A DNA stretch of 64,000 bases from Candidatus Cloacimonadales bacterium (GTDB lineage Bacteria; Cloacimonadota; Cloacimonadia; Cloacimonadales; JAFGVF01). Under the pieces are notes generated by a model. That model had not been told where the DNA came from. It made no database searches and saw only the letters and a list, made by a program, of their open reading frames with translations. The stretch is from NCBI GenBank assembly GCA_963667035.1, contig OY762964.1, positions 2,880,001 through 2,944,000 on the forward strand. Direction: 5' to 3'. Position numbers and translations under genes: made by a program. This document shows, one piece after another, positions 39,801 to 50,190 of the stretch; position 1 is the stretch's first letter, and each line of letters starts with the position of its first letter.

Positions 39801-41525
39801 ATGAGAAAAATTTATATAGTATTTGCTTTGTTAACTATGTTTACAATGTTGAATGCAGAAATTATTCATATTTTTGGTGAGGTTAGTTTAAACATAAATG
39901 AGCAGCTAACTCCTATTGAAGGAGCAACAATTGAAGTTGATAATGTTATCGGAAATGTAGTTACAAACAATGAAGGACAATATCAAATTGATGTAAATTG
40001 GATATGGAATGGTCCAATATATATTAATTGCAATAAAGAAGGTTATAACTCATTAACTCAATCAATTCTTCCTAGAGATACTGACACACAAATTAATTTT
40101 GAATTAGAGATTTCTGAGATAGTAAGAACAATTCATGGTAGAGTACATTACATTGATGCTCAAAACTATTATAATCCTATTGAAGGAGCATCTGTGGGGA
40201 TTCAAGGAACTGATTATCATGCAGAAACAGATGCTAACGGCAATTACAATATTGATTATTACTGGGACTGGGATGATTCTATCAGTTTAACTTGTTCAAA
40301 AAGTGGTTACAATCAAGTTATTCAGAATGTAATTCCGATTAATCTCTCAGAAGAAATTAATTTTCAAATGATTCAGAATTATATTGTTCATAGCCATGTA
40401 CTATATGGTACTGTTTTAAATTCTGATAGTGGAATACCTGTAAATAATGCTGAGATCGAAATAGTTAATTGTGGAAACAACACCATTTCGAACTTAAATG
40501 GTGATTATGAATTATCTTATGATTGGAGTTGGGATGGTCCAGTTATTGTATATTGTACGCATGAAGAATATCAAACACAAATTGTTAGCTTTTATCCCGA
40601 AAGCAATACTTCAGAAATAAACTTCACCCTTTCGACTGAAGAAAGCCCTTCCTCTATAACAATACAAGGGTATATAACTCAGGCATATCCTAACAATGAT
40701 ATCCCTATAGCTGGTGCTGTTATCTCATTTGGAGCTCCTGGAGAAGCTCCTGTTAAAGCAGAGATTAGTTTGAACACAGGCTTCTATTCTTGTTCCTTAA
40801 TACGGTATTGGGATGGACCGATTAATATTAATTGTCATTATCCAGGTTATTATCATGTATTTATGGACTATACACCTAATAGCGATATGAATGATTTAAA
40901 TTTCTTTATGCAACCGCTTCCTCCAATATTTACTCCTCCAAGAAATTTAATAGCTGAGATTATTAATGGTGAATATGCTCATCTTGTTTGGGAAGCACCA
41001 TCAAATTGGCCATTAGAGGGACAAGTGAACTATAGAATATATATAAAAGAAAATGATAATCTAAGCTTCCATCCTCTAGCAACAACACACGATACTAGCT
41101 ATAACTATGAGTTTACTATATCTGAAAGTGGTGAATGGATGGCTGAGTTTGCTTTAACAGCATTTCAAGATAGCACAGAGACTGATTTTAGTAATTTTGT
41201 GACTATTGGTCATTCTACATCTGTTAACAATAATACCCAATTAATAACTAATACTCAATTATCTGTTTATCCCAATCCTTTCAATCCAAGTACAAATATT
41301 TATCTCGAATTAACTAAAAATTATACAGTTAAAGCAGAAATCTTTAATGTAAGGGGACAACTTGTTAAAGAGCTTTACAAAGGTATACTAAAAAAAGGTA
41401 GTAATACATTAACATGGAAAGGAATTGATAATGATGGTAAAAACGTCAGCTCCGGAATCTATTTGTTAAAGATACAAACAGATAATAACCATATATATTC
41501 CAGAAAATTGTCTCTAATAAAATAA
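39801..41525 (+). CDS. Secreted protein with four carboxypeptidase-regulatory-like beta-sandwich repeats, FN3-like domain and T9SS/FlgD-Ig CTD
   Basis: Four units of form GxV...PIEGA...GxY...WxWDGP...C...GY; YPNPFNP...RKLSLIK. Confidence 0.82.
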   Translation: MRKIYIVFALLTMFTMLNAEIIHIFGEVSLNINEQLTPIEGATIEVDNVIGNVVTNNEGQYQIDVNWIWNGPIYINCNKEGYNSLTQSILPRDTDTQINFELEISEIVRTIHGRVHYIDAQNYYNPIEGASVGIQGTDYHAETDANGNYNIDYYWDWDDSISLTCSKSGYNQVIQNVIPINLSEEINFQMIQNYIVHSHVLYGTVLNSDSGIPVNNAEIEIVNCGNNTISNLNGDYELSYDWSWDGPVIVYCTHEEYQTQIVSFYPESNTSEINFTLSTEESPSSITIQGYITQAYPNNDIPIAGAVISFGAPGEAPVKAEISLNTGFYSCSLIRYWDGPININCHYPGYYHVFMDYTPNSDMNDLNFFMQPLPPIFTPPRNLIAEIINGEYAHLVWEAPSNWPLEGQVNYRIYIKENDNLSFHPLATTHDTSYNYEFTISESGEWMAEFALTAFQDSTETDFSNFVTIGHSTSVNNNTQLITNTQLSVYPNPFNPSTNIYLELTKNYTVKAEIFNVRGQLVKELYKGILKKGSNTLTWKGIDNDGKNVSSGIYLLKIQTDNNHIYSRKLSLIK

Positions 41526-41694
41526 CTTACTCACCCTTAAATGTAGGAGAGCTAAAGAGCTCTTCGGCATATTTTTTCTCCCAATTAATGACATCAGACA
41601 TTACTAACTTTCATCTTTTCCAGAAAATAACTTTACAAGTGAGAATTTGTAATTGTTTTGGACAATGGTATATTATGAATATTAAGGAAAGTGT

Positions 41695-44346
41695 ATGAAA
41701 AAAATTTCAATCATTTTGTTTGTATGTCTATTTCTTAGTATCCTTAGTGCTGTAAAAATAGATTTGAATAAGGCAACTCTGGAGGAAATAAAGAGTTTAC
41801 CTATCTCAGAAAAACAGGCTAATGATATTTATGAATACAGACAGTATGTTAAGTTTTTTGAAGATTTGTATGATTTGAAAGAGATAGAATCAATAGATCA
41901 GGCAACTCTTCTGCAATTGAAAAAACTTGTGATAATATCACACTACGAAGAGTTAGATGAAGCTGCAAAACGTTTTGAGGAAGTCGATTATTTAATTGAG
42001 CGTTTGGGAAGTAATGAAGGATCTTCCGAAGGTATCTCAGATATTTGGAGTGATTTTCTTATGAGTCCCCAAAATGTTAACCAGATGCTATTTGAAGATT
42101 TTATAAGTCTACCCAATGTTTCTCCTATTGATGCTGTTGCTGTACTAAAAAGAAGAGCAAAGGGAGATACACTTCAGGATAAAAGAGATTTAAAAAATAC
42201 CAATGGAATCTCTTATTATGGGTATTCAAACCTTAGAAATTATGTATATTACAAACAACCTCCTATAAAGAATAAGCTGTTCTTCGATTATCAATTTAAA
42301 TATCATCTATACAACTTCGATGAAGATACTGAAGAAATGTATAAGTCAGCTTTTATTAGGGATGCATATCCCAATCCTGCACCACTTAGAACAGATTTAA
42401 CTCTGTGGGGATACATGGATTTGGATAAATATAGTCATGAAACATCTCATAAATTTAGAATACGATATGGTAATAATCTCAAAATGGGAATCATGATTGA
42501 CCAACCTAAAGCTGAAACAACAATCGAAGATGCTGAGAATGAAGATATTGTTTCCGATACCAAGTACTTTGCCAAGTATGACCAAAAATTCAATTTTTTG
42601 AATAGGCAAAATACATTAAGAATTATTGCGGGTAATTATCGAGCGACTTATGGTGAAGGTCTTACATTGGAAAACACTGATTATTATAGTCCTCGTAAAA
42701 CCGGTTATGGATTTGATAAAAGAATTTATGGTATAACGGAGGATTTATCCAGAACTGAAGTAAATGCATTGAAGGGTGTTGCTCTTGAATGGAAAAATAG
42801 TTTGTTCCAAACATCATTCTTTGTTTCAAAAGATAAGAAAGATGCTTTTGTGTACATGGATAAAGTAGTTGATGATGATGGAAACATTCATTCCGTTGCG
42901 AAAAAAGATGAGAATGGTAATTATGAAGTTCTTAGCCTTGTAAATTCAACAATTCGCTTTGAAGATGATGATATGGAAGAAGCAGAAGTGTATTTTAATA
43001 ATGAACTGAATGCGGGGTCTTCATACACAACAGGATATATTAATTTAGCTCCAAGAAAGAATATAGTTGATGAAACTCTTTACGGAGGTCATCTACAGTT
43101 TAATCCATTTATTGGGACAAGACTTGGTATGACAACATACACTTCCTATTATAATAATGCCGAGTTTATAGTTCCTGGTTATGATGAAATTGGAGAGACT
43201 GTTCTCAGAGACGAATACAATTACCAGAAAATAAAGATAGTTGATAGTGCTGTATCTGATCTTTATTCTACCAAAACTGATGATTATGATAGGGATTATC
43301 GCCAAGTTCTCGGATTTGATGGAATGACAGTATTTAACAATGTATCATTACAAGGTGAATATGCAGAGTTAACTAAGAATGGCGACTTTATGAAGCTTGG
43401 TGACGATCCTAATGCTTATCTTATTAGCTCAAGAGCTCAGTTTGATAATTTGTATCTTATTCTCTTGTATCGTGATGTACATGCTGAGTATGATAATCCA
43501 TATAGTAATTTCTTCTCAGAGAAATCTAAGTTGGACGGCACAATACTTGAAGATTCATATATGCTTACCAATCCAATGCTGAGTGACCTGGTTAGTAATA
43601 ATTCACAAAGCCAACCAGAAAAAGGTTTCTTTATTCAATCACGTTATAAATTCAATAACTATTTTACTTTGTCAAAGCTGTATCTTGATGTGTTTGAAAG
43701 AAAATCTGACCACAGAAGAACCTATAGGTTCGATAGTGCATTAGATTATCGCCCCGTACATCCTATTAGATTTAGTATCAAGTACACAAATCAAGTTAAC
43801 AGGTATGATGACGAGCTTGATCGTCAAACCTCTACAGTAAATCGCTATACTGCAGCAGTAAATGCTTATCTCTCAAATAGAGATTATTTCTCAATTGAGT
43901 ATCGTTATGATACGGTATGGGGTCCTCCTTATGTTTATCTCTTCAATAATGCAGATGGATATGGATACAATCAAAGTGCAGCCGGAAGAGTATTCCAACA
44001 TGGAGATTATATCTGTGCAAATTATACTCATAACTTTACTGAGGATTTAAAAGTAAGAGGTTCTTTCCTATTCTGGGATGGACATGGCATTTCCCATTGG
44101 GATTTCGAAGATATGGAGATGGATTTCATGGGAGCCAAAGGACATAAATACTGGGTAACACTTATAGACAGATTGTCAAATAACTTACAAGTTAGACTTA
44201 AGTATAAATACAAACAATTCTTGAACCATGATTATGAAATTAGAGGATTCTATAACGAGAATGAATATATAAATGGGCAGAATTATTATGATCTTGTAGA
44301 AAAAGACGAGCATTCAATACGTCTTCAAATAGATTGGAATTTTTAA
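41695..44346 (+). CDS. ComEA-like helix-hairpin-helix domains fused to a large outer-membrane beta-barrel
   Basis: Signal peptide, KIDLNKATLEEIKSLP HhH unit, second unit NVNQMLFEDFISLP, amphipathic beta strands, C-terminal IRLQIDWNF beta-signal. Confidence 0.8.
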   Translation: MKKISIILFVCLFLSILSAVKIDLNKATLEEIKSLPISEKQANDIYEYRQYVKFFEDLYDLKEIESIDQATLLQLKKLVIISHYEELDEAAKRFEEVDYLIERLGSNEGSSEGISDIWSDFLMSPQNVNQMLFEDFISLPNVSPIDAVAVLKRRAKGDTLQDKRDLKNTNGISYYGYSNLRNYVYYKQPPIKNKLFFDYQFKYHLYNFDEDTEEMYKSAFIRDAYPNPAPLRTDLTLWGYMDLDKYSHETSHKFRIRYGNNLKMGIMIDQPKAETTIEDAENEDIVSDTKYFAKYDQKFNFLNRQNTLRIIAGNYRATYGEGLTLENTDYYSPRKTGYGFDKRIYGITEDLSRTEVNALKGVALEWKNSLFQTSFFVSKDKKDAFVYMDKVVDDDGNIHSVAKKDENGNYEVLSLVNSTIRFEDDDMEEAEVYFNNELNAGSSYTTGYINLAPRKNIVDETLYGGHLQFNPFIGTRLGMTTYTSYYNNAEFIVPGYDEIGETVLRDEYNYQKIKIVDSAVSDLYSTKTDDYDRDYRQVLGFDGMTVFNNVSLQGEYAELTKNGDFMKLGDDPNAYLISSRAQFDNLYLILLYRDVHAEYDNPYSNFFSEKSKLDGTILEDSYMLTNPMLSDLVSNNSQSQPEKGFFIQSRYKFNNYFTLSKLYLDVFERKSDHRRTYRFDSALDYRPVHPIRFSIKYTNQVNRYDDELDRQTSTVNRYTAAVNAYLSNRDYFSIEYRYDTVWGPPYVYLFNNADGYGYNQSAAGRVFQHGDYICANYTHNFTEDLKVRGSFLFWDGHGISHWDFEDMEMDFMGAKGHKYWVTLIDRLSNNLQVRLKYKYKQFLNHDYEIRGFYNENEYINGQNYYDLVEKDEHSIRLQIDWNF

Positions 44347-44358
44347 GGTGGAGGATAA

Positions 44359-45777
44359 ATGAAAAAATATATATTACCGATAACTTTCATCCTGTGTATT
44401 ACAGGATTGTTAGCTTTTTCAGCAACAGATTATGCTTTTGGTTGTAAAGTACCATCAAATAACACTCGTTCAATGGCTATGGGTGGTACAGGGGTCGCTA
44501 AAGGATTTAGAGTAATGGATGCATTTGTTAATCCTGCTGTTTTATGTGACTTAGAAAAAGGTTATTGGGCAGAATTGAATCTTAACGGTTCTCAATTCAT
44601 GGATAAGAGAAGTTTCCCTTATTATGATTCTTTCGAAGCTTATGTTGATGAAGCTACTTATGCGACTAATTTTAATTATAATGCCCAATTCTCCGGTTCA
44701 TTTGCTTGGGTATATGATTTCGATCCAGGTATTTTTGCTATATCTGCTCGTTTTGCTCCGGTTTATGATTTTACAGGTTATTATGACGAACAGATTAGAA
44801 ACAATAATAACTCTAATAACAATGGCTATCCAGAGCGTATTGCTGATAATAAAATAGATAATGAAGGGGTTCTTAACGGTTTTTCTGTAGACTTGGCCTA
44901 TGCTAGAAATATTAACAATGATTTGATAAATAAAGCAAGCATTGGACTAGGTATAACAAGTTTAATGGGTGATATAAACCAAAAAACTACTATTGATTGG
45001 ACTGATTGGGCTATTGAACAAGCATCTACTCAAAATGATACGTTAATGAATTATGTTTATAAAAACGATAGAGACCTTTCTGGAATACAATTTAAGGCTG
45101 GCATGAATTTAGATTTAGGTGAAAGAATTTCTTTCGGTCTATCCTATTCACTTAAGACGGAAATAGAAGTCACTTCAAACATACAAAACTATCTGATAAG
45201 CAGTGTATCAGATGTAGATGGCAATTATAATACTTATTCTTATGATGCAGATGCTGCCGACAGTTTGACTGCTACTAACTATGACTTACCTTCTTCATTG
45301 CGTTTTGGTTTCAGTTATCGTCCTAGAAACATTATGAGAACTGTCATGAATGCGGAAGCAGAATATGTTACTTGGAGCGATATTAATAAAATGTATGAAG
45401 ATGCTTGGAATTATTATATCGGTATAGAGCATTCATTGAATAATGCACTGCCAATACGTATCGGTTTTAGTTCTGAAACATCCTATCAGACTATATTTGA
45501 CGGTAATGGTAAATATGCAAACAAACTAACAATGCCCTCAATAACAACAGGTACAGGATATACTGTTGCTAAGGGATTGGAACTTGATTTTGCTTTGACA
45601 TACAGTTTCAGAGAGTATGAGGCTCTTGATATGTTTATGGATAGCTTCTATTATACTGGTCACACTTACTTATGGCCTAATACTCATGTGAATATTCAAG
45701 ACAGAGATTGGGCAAATCCTGATAAAGTCAAAGAAGCATTGTTAAAAGCAAACATTTCATTTACTTATAAATACTAA
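44359..45777 (+). CDS. FadL/PorV-superfamily-like outer-membrane beta-barrel
   Basis: Signal peptide, RSMAMGG...NPA N-terminal motif, C-terminal ISFTYKY. Confidence 0.72.
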   Translation: MKKYILPITFILCITGLLAFSATDYAFGCKVPSNNTRSMAMGGTGVAKGFRVMDAFVNPAVLCDLEKGYWAELNLNGSQFMDKRSFPYYDSFEAYVDEATYATNFNYNAQFSGSFAWVYDFDPGIFAISARFAPVYDFTGYYDEQIRNNNNSNNNGYPERIADNKIDNEGVLNGFSVDLAYARNINNDLINKASIGLGITSLMGDINQKTTIDWTDWAIEQASTQNDTLMNYVYKNDRDLSGIQFKAGMNLDLGERISFGLSYSLKTEIEVTSNIQNYLISSVSDVDGNYNTYSYDADAADSLTATNYDLPSSLRFGFSYRPRNIMRTVMNAEAEYVTWSDINKMYEDAWNYYIGIEHSLNNALPIRIGFSSETSYQTIFDGNGKYANKLTMPSITTGTGYTVAKGLELDFALTYSFREYEALDMFMDSFYYTGHTYLWPNTHVNIQDRDWANPDKVKEALLKANISFTYKY

Positions 45778-45788
45778 AGGTTATTATA

Positions 45789-47450
45789 ATGAAAAGACTA
45801 TTTCTGATAATAAGCATAATGATTCTTAGCTTAGTAGCCATTACGGCAGAAGAGTTAAGATTCGATATTATGACTACAAATGATCTTCACGGAGGGATTG
45901 ATAGGTCTAAAGCTACCTTTATCAACCCTGATTTTCCACCTCAGTTAGGTGGAGGAGGATCTGCGGCCAGATTAATTGAAATGATTCGTAATATGAGCGA
46001 TGGTAAGACCCGGGATAATTTCCTACTTGATGCCGGTGATTTCTTTCAAGGCCGTCCTGTCGGAACCGTTTCAAAAGGTAAGGCTGTAATCAAGTATCTG
46101 AACCAAGTGGGATATGAAGCTTTGACCATTGGAAATCATGAATATGATATTAATGATAAAGAGTTGTTAAAGGCTCTTCAAATGGCTGAATTTCCTATTT
46201 TATCATGTAACATAATTGATAAGAAAACAGGAGAATTAGTAGACTATGTTCAGCCATATATAATTAAAGAGAAACTCGGTATTAAATTTGGTATAATTGG
46301 TCTTACAACCACAGATACTGAGTTAATGAGTTTCCCGGAAAACATAGAAGGTATTGATTTTATTGATGAAAAGCAATCTCTCCAGAAATGGATTCCTATA
46401 GTAAAAGAACAAGCTGATATCATTATAGTTTTAGGACATTTAGGATTACCTTATGATCCGGCTTCAATGTATGAATATAGATATGGTAAAGATATTTATA
46501 AAACCTCAGACAATCGCAGATGGGGTTGGGATGCTCAGGAAATAGCACATGAAGTTGAAGGTATTGATTTGTTAATAGGTGGTCACATCCACAAAGGTAT
46601 TGCAGAGCCTTGGGCAGACCCGTTGACGCATACTCTATGCATGCAGGGTTATGCATACGGTTCTAATCTCAACGTTTTGACTCTGAAGATTGACAAGGAT
46701 ACTAAAACACTTTCCGGTTGGGAAACATTAGATGCTAATAGTGGAATGTCTATTACTCTCTTTGAGGATGAGTTTATCCCGGTACCTGAAGTTGCAGAAG
46801 CAATTCTCGAAGATCAGAAATTAGCTGAAAAGGGAATGGACGAAGTAATAGGAGAAGCCAAGATATACCTATCCAGAGAAGGAACTGATGCTCAGAACAG
46901 AATGGGTAATCTTATTATGGATGCAATGATAGATATCGTTGATGCAGACTTTGCTTTTATGAACCTTGGAGGAGTGAGAGGTACCATCCAACGTGGACCT
47001 ATAACTTATCGCCAAGTATTCACAGTTATGCCATTCGATAATCAAGTCGTTACATTTGAGTGTAAGGGTGATTTTTTAAAGGAAATTATTGAGACTAGAG
47101 TTGAAGGTGGCCGTCATGGTATGTTAGTATCTGGAGCAAAAGTCGTATATAGCAAAAAGCGTAATGACTTTGACAGAGTAACAAAGCTTGAGATTCAGGG
47201 AGAGCCTTGGGATCCCAACAAGACTTATAAAGTTGCAACCACAGATTTCTTAATGGGTGGTAATGCCGGTCTTACATTATTAACTAGAGTTCCTCAAGAC
47301 GAAATCACGAATTACAATATTAATCTTAGAGATGCTATAGTTAGCTATATCAAGAAGTACACTCCAATAGAAACTGATATCGATGATAGATGGATAAGAA
47401 ATGATAAAGCAGAATACTCTCCGGAAATGAGATCTGCTTTGGGAAACTAG
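45789..47450 (+). CDS. Exported 5'-nucleotidase/UDP-sugar hydrolase (UshA-like)
   Basis: TNDLHG, DAGDFFQG, GNHEYD, GHLG, GGHIH; C-domain NLGGVR, MPFDN. Confidence 0.93.
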   Translation: MKRLFLIISIMILSLVAITAEELRFDIMTTNDLHGGIDRSKATFINPDFPPQLGGGGSAARLIEMIRNMSDGKTRDNFLLDAGDFFQGRPVGTVSKGKAVIKYLNQVGYEALTIGNHEYDINDKELLKALQMAEFPILSCNIIDKKTGELVDYVQPYIIKEKLGIKFGIIGLTTTDTELMSFPENIEGIDFIDEKQSLQKWIPIVKEQADIIIVLGHLGLPYDPASMYEYRYGKDIYKTSDNRRWGWDAQEIAHEVEGIDLLIGGHIHKGIAEPWADPLTHTLCMQGYAYGSNLNVLTLKIDKDTKTLSGWETLDANSGMSITLFEDEFIPVPEVAEAILEDQKLAEKGMDEVIGEAKIYLSREGTDAQNRMGNLIMDAMIDIVDADFAFMNLGGVRGTIQRGPITYRQVFTVMPFDNQVVTFECKGDFLKEIIETRVEGGRHGMLVSGAKVVYSKKRNDFDRVTKLEIQGEPWDPNKTYKVATTDFLMGGNAGLTLLTRVPQDEITNYNINLRDAIVSYIKKYTPIETDIDDRWIRNDKAEYSPEMRSALGN

Positions 47451-47452
47451 TA

Positions 47453-47887
47453 ATGAGTAATAACGCTACGACTATTGATGAAGCATTTGCCTTCGCTTTT
47501 AAAGAGGAGTTACGTTTCAGGGAGCTATATTTTAAGCTTCACACTCTTGCTCAAGATGAAGCTACAAAAGAATTGTTCAGAGAGCTATCGGCAATGGAAG
47601 AAAACCATGTCGAAAAGCTTAAACAGATGTATAGAAAGTGTTTCGACGGGAAAGAGCCGATACTTGAAACTGTCTCCACTCCCGGAAATGCTCATGGTGC
47701 AGGAAAGCTCAATGTTCGTACCGGGCTAGAATTTGCTATCATTCGTGAAGAGTATGCAGCCGACCACTATTATATGATGGCGGATTTGGTTGATGATTCA
47801 GAAGTTAGAGACATTCTAAATGAACTTGCTCACGAAGAAGAAAACCATGCAACTTTGTTAGAAAACAAGTTAGAGATGCTATCGTAA
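47453..47887 (+). CDS. Rubrerythrin-like ferritin-family di-iron protein
   Basis: Two E...EENH repeats. Confidence 0.85.
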   Translation: MSNNATTIDEAFAFAFKEELRFRELYFKLHTLAQDEATKELFRELSAMEENHVEKLKQMYRKCFDGKEPILETVSTPGNAHGAGKLNVRTGLEFAIIREEYAADHYYMMADLVDDSEVRDILNELAHEEENHATLLENKLEMLS

Positions 47888-47915
47888 ACTTCGTTATTAG
47901 TTACATAGATTACAT

Positions 47916-47941
47916 AGGGACCTTTTTAGGTCTCTTTTTTT
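47916..47941 (+). terminator. Intrinsic terminator
   Basis: AGGGACCT-TTTT-AGGTCTCT followed by a T-run. Confidence 0.8.
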
Positions 47942-47993
47942 ATCCATATTATAATATTTTCTATGTTTTCTTGTAAACTAACAGATTATTTAC

Positions 47994-48022
47994 TTTACAT
48001 GATTTACCCACGAGTATATAAT
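47994..48022 (+). promoter_or_regulatory. Sigma-70-type promoter of guaD
   Basis: TTTACA-N17-TATAAT. Confidence 0.65.
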
Positions 48023-48046
48023 AGAATATTTTGTAAGAGGTGATAC

Positions 48047-49255
48047 ATGATAATTAAAACCAATATTCTAAACCCAGTTAATAAAGACAAATGCGAATAC
48101 AAACGTAATATGTTTCTGACACTAGCCGGAGGCAAAATTATTTCAATCACTGATAGAATATCATCCAAGCTATCTTTCCACGATTATACAGATTTTGTGT
48201 GTATTCCCGGAATGATAGATTGTCATACACATCTTTCTCAGTGGAATATTAGAGGTAAATACAAAAACAATCTTCTTGAATGGCTTGATAGCTATGTATT
48301 CCCTGAAGAACAACGTTCATTCAATAATGAATACGCAAGGAATACGGCTATTGATTTCTATAGGAATCTTGTTCTGAATGGGACAACTACAGCAGGTGTT
48401 TATGTATCAGCTTCTAAACAAGCAACCGATATAGCTTTTGAGGAAGGTGTCAAATCAGGACTTAGACTTGTAATGGGACAAGTACAAATGGATATGAATG
48501 CTCCCGATTTTCTAAAACAAGATACTATAAAGAGTTTAGAGGAGTCTGAAGAGCTATGCCAAACATGGAATGGATTCAATTCTTTAATCCATTATGCTTT
48601 TACACCCAGATTTGCCATTACTTGCTCATCAAAATTAATGAAAGGTATAGCAGATCTATCTCAAAAATATAATGCGATTATTCAGACTCATTTATCTGAG
48701 AACATTAATGAAATAAAGAGAGTCGAAGAGCTATTTGCTAGTTTTAGTAATTATACTGAAGTATATGCTGAGCATGGTCTTGTTACACCTAGGACTATTT
48801 TTGGTCATGCAATTCATTTACTTGATGAAGAGATTCAAGTACTAGTCAATAATAAATCAAAGATAGCCCATTGTCCTGACTCAAATTTCTTCCTTAATTC
48901 CGGACAATTAAAACTGGGTAGACTGAGAAGTGCAGGACTTGATATTGGGTTAGCTTCTGACGTTGCCGCAGGAACTACATTGGATATGTTCTACCATCAA
49001 AGAATGATGCTCTATCGCCAAAATACCGGTTTAGTAAAGCTCACAGAATTGTTCTATACAGCTACCCTAGGAGGAGCAAAAGCATTAAATCTTGAAGAAG
49101 AAACAGGTTCGATTGATGTTGGTAAATCAGCTGATTTAGTTTTCTTGGAAATCAATAATTCTAAGGATTCTGATAGTATCTTGTCAGAATTGATTTTTCT
49201 GTCTCCATATCCGTCTGTTTGTAAAGTAATTGTTGCAGGGAGAGAAGTAACTTAA
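48047..49255 (+). CDS. guaD: Guanine deaminase
   Basis: DCHTHLSQ, LLEWL..YVFPEE, TPRFAITCS, QTHLSEN, HCPDSN, SDVAAG. Confidence 0.9.
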   Translation: MIIKTNILNPVNKDKCEYKRNMFLTLAGGKIISITDRISSKLSFHDYTDFVCIPGMIDCHTHLSQWNIRGKYKNNLLEWLDSYVFPEEQRSFNNEYARNTAIDFYRNLVLNGTTTAGVYVSASKQATDIAFEEGVKSGLRLVMGQVQMDMNAPDFLKQDTIKSLEESEELCQTWNGFNSLIHYAFTPRFAITCSSKLMKGIADLSQKYNAIIQTHLSENINEIKRVEELFASFSNYTEVYAEHGLVTPRTIFGHAIHLLDEEIQVLVNNKSKIAHCPDSNFFLNSGQLKLGRLRSAGLDIGLASDVAAGTTLDMFYHQRMMLYRQNTGLVKLTELFYTATLGGAKALNLEEETGSIDVGKSADLVFLEINNSKDSDSILSELIFLSPYPSVCKVIVAGREVT

Positions 49256-49263
49256 AAGTAGTT

Positions 49264-50190
49264 CTAATCCCATATTGCAACATCGAATAAACCGCTACTA
49301 TCTGCTTTACCTCTAAACATTCCGAGAGAGTTAAAAGGCATCACAATTGTTCCTGTACCATCAATAGCTATAAAGCCACCTGCATCTTGAGAAAGGTCTT
49401 TTAATGTATAAAGACTGGCTTCTTCAAGAGAAAGTCCTAAATAGGTCATTTTTGCATGAATATCGAAAGCTACACAATTTGTGATAAATAGTTCTCCTTT
49501 ACCAGTACATGAGACAGCACAACTGGAATTGTTTGCATAAGTTCCTGCACCGATTATTGGAGTATCACCAATCCTCATAAATTTTTTGTTTGTCATTCCC
49601 CCTGTAGAAGTTGATGCTGCCAGATTGTTATGAATATCAAGAGCAACAGCACCAACTGTTCCTAATGAGATATTACTATCGGAAGTATGATCCAGCAATA
49701 CTTTATCTTCATTCATTGCTTTAATCCATGCTTTATATCTATACTCGGTATCATAATAGTTGTTCTTAACTTGCTCTAAACCATTTAACTTTGCAAATTT
49801 ATCTGCCCCTGGTCCACTAAGTAAAATATGCTCTGATTTATCCATTACGGCCTTTGCTAAAAGTATAGGATTCTTTGTTGTCCTTACTCCTGTTACAGCA
49901 CCACTTTTTAGATTCTTGCCATCCATGACAGAAGCATCAAGTTCATGTTCTCCATCCGAGTTATAAACTGCTCCAAGTCCTGCATTAAACAATGGATTAT
50001 CTTCCATACTCTTAACGGCTTGAATTGTTGCATCTATTGCTGAACCTCCTGATTTTAATACATCAATTCCTCTTTGTAAAGCTCCGCTTAAACCTATTTT
50101 ATAAGCTTTAATTCTTTCGGGATCGGTTTGCTTATTTATTACTCCAGCACCACCATGTATTGCAATTGCATATTTACTAATCAAAGTCAT
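49264..50190 (-). CDS. iaaA: Isoaspartyl peptidase/L-asparaginase (Ntn hydrolase)
   Basis: IAIHGGAG, FNAGLGAV, G-TVGAVA cleavage site, STGG, RIGDTP. Start 50190 or TTG 50184. Confidence 0.92.
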   Translation of the reverse strand: MTLISKYAIAIHGGAGVINKQTDPERIKAYKIGLSGALQRGIDVLKSGGSAIDATIQAVKSMEDNPLFNAGLGAVYNSDGEHELDASVMDGKNLKSGAVTGVRTTKNPILLAKAVMDKSEHILLSGPGADKFAKLNGLEQVKNNYYDTEYRYKAWIKAMNEDKVLLDHTSDSNISLGTVGAVALDIHNNLAASTSTGGMTNKKFMRIGDTPIIGAGTYANNSSCAVSCTGKGELFITNCVAFDIHAKMTYLGLSLEEASLYTLKDLSQDAGGFIAIDGTGTIVMPFNSLGMFRGKADSSGLFDVAIWD

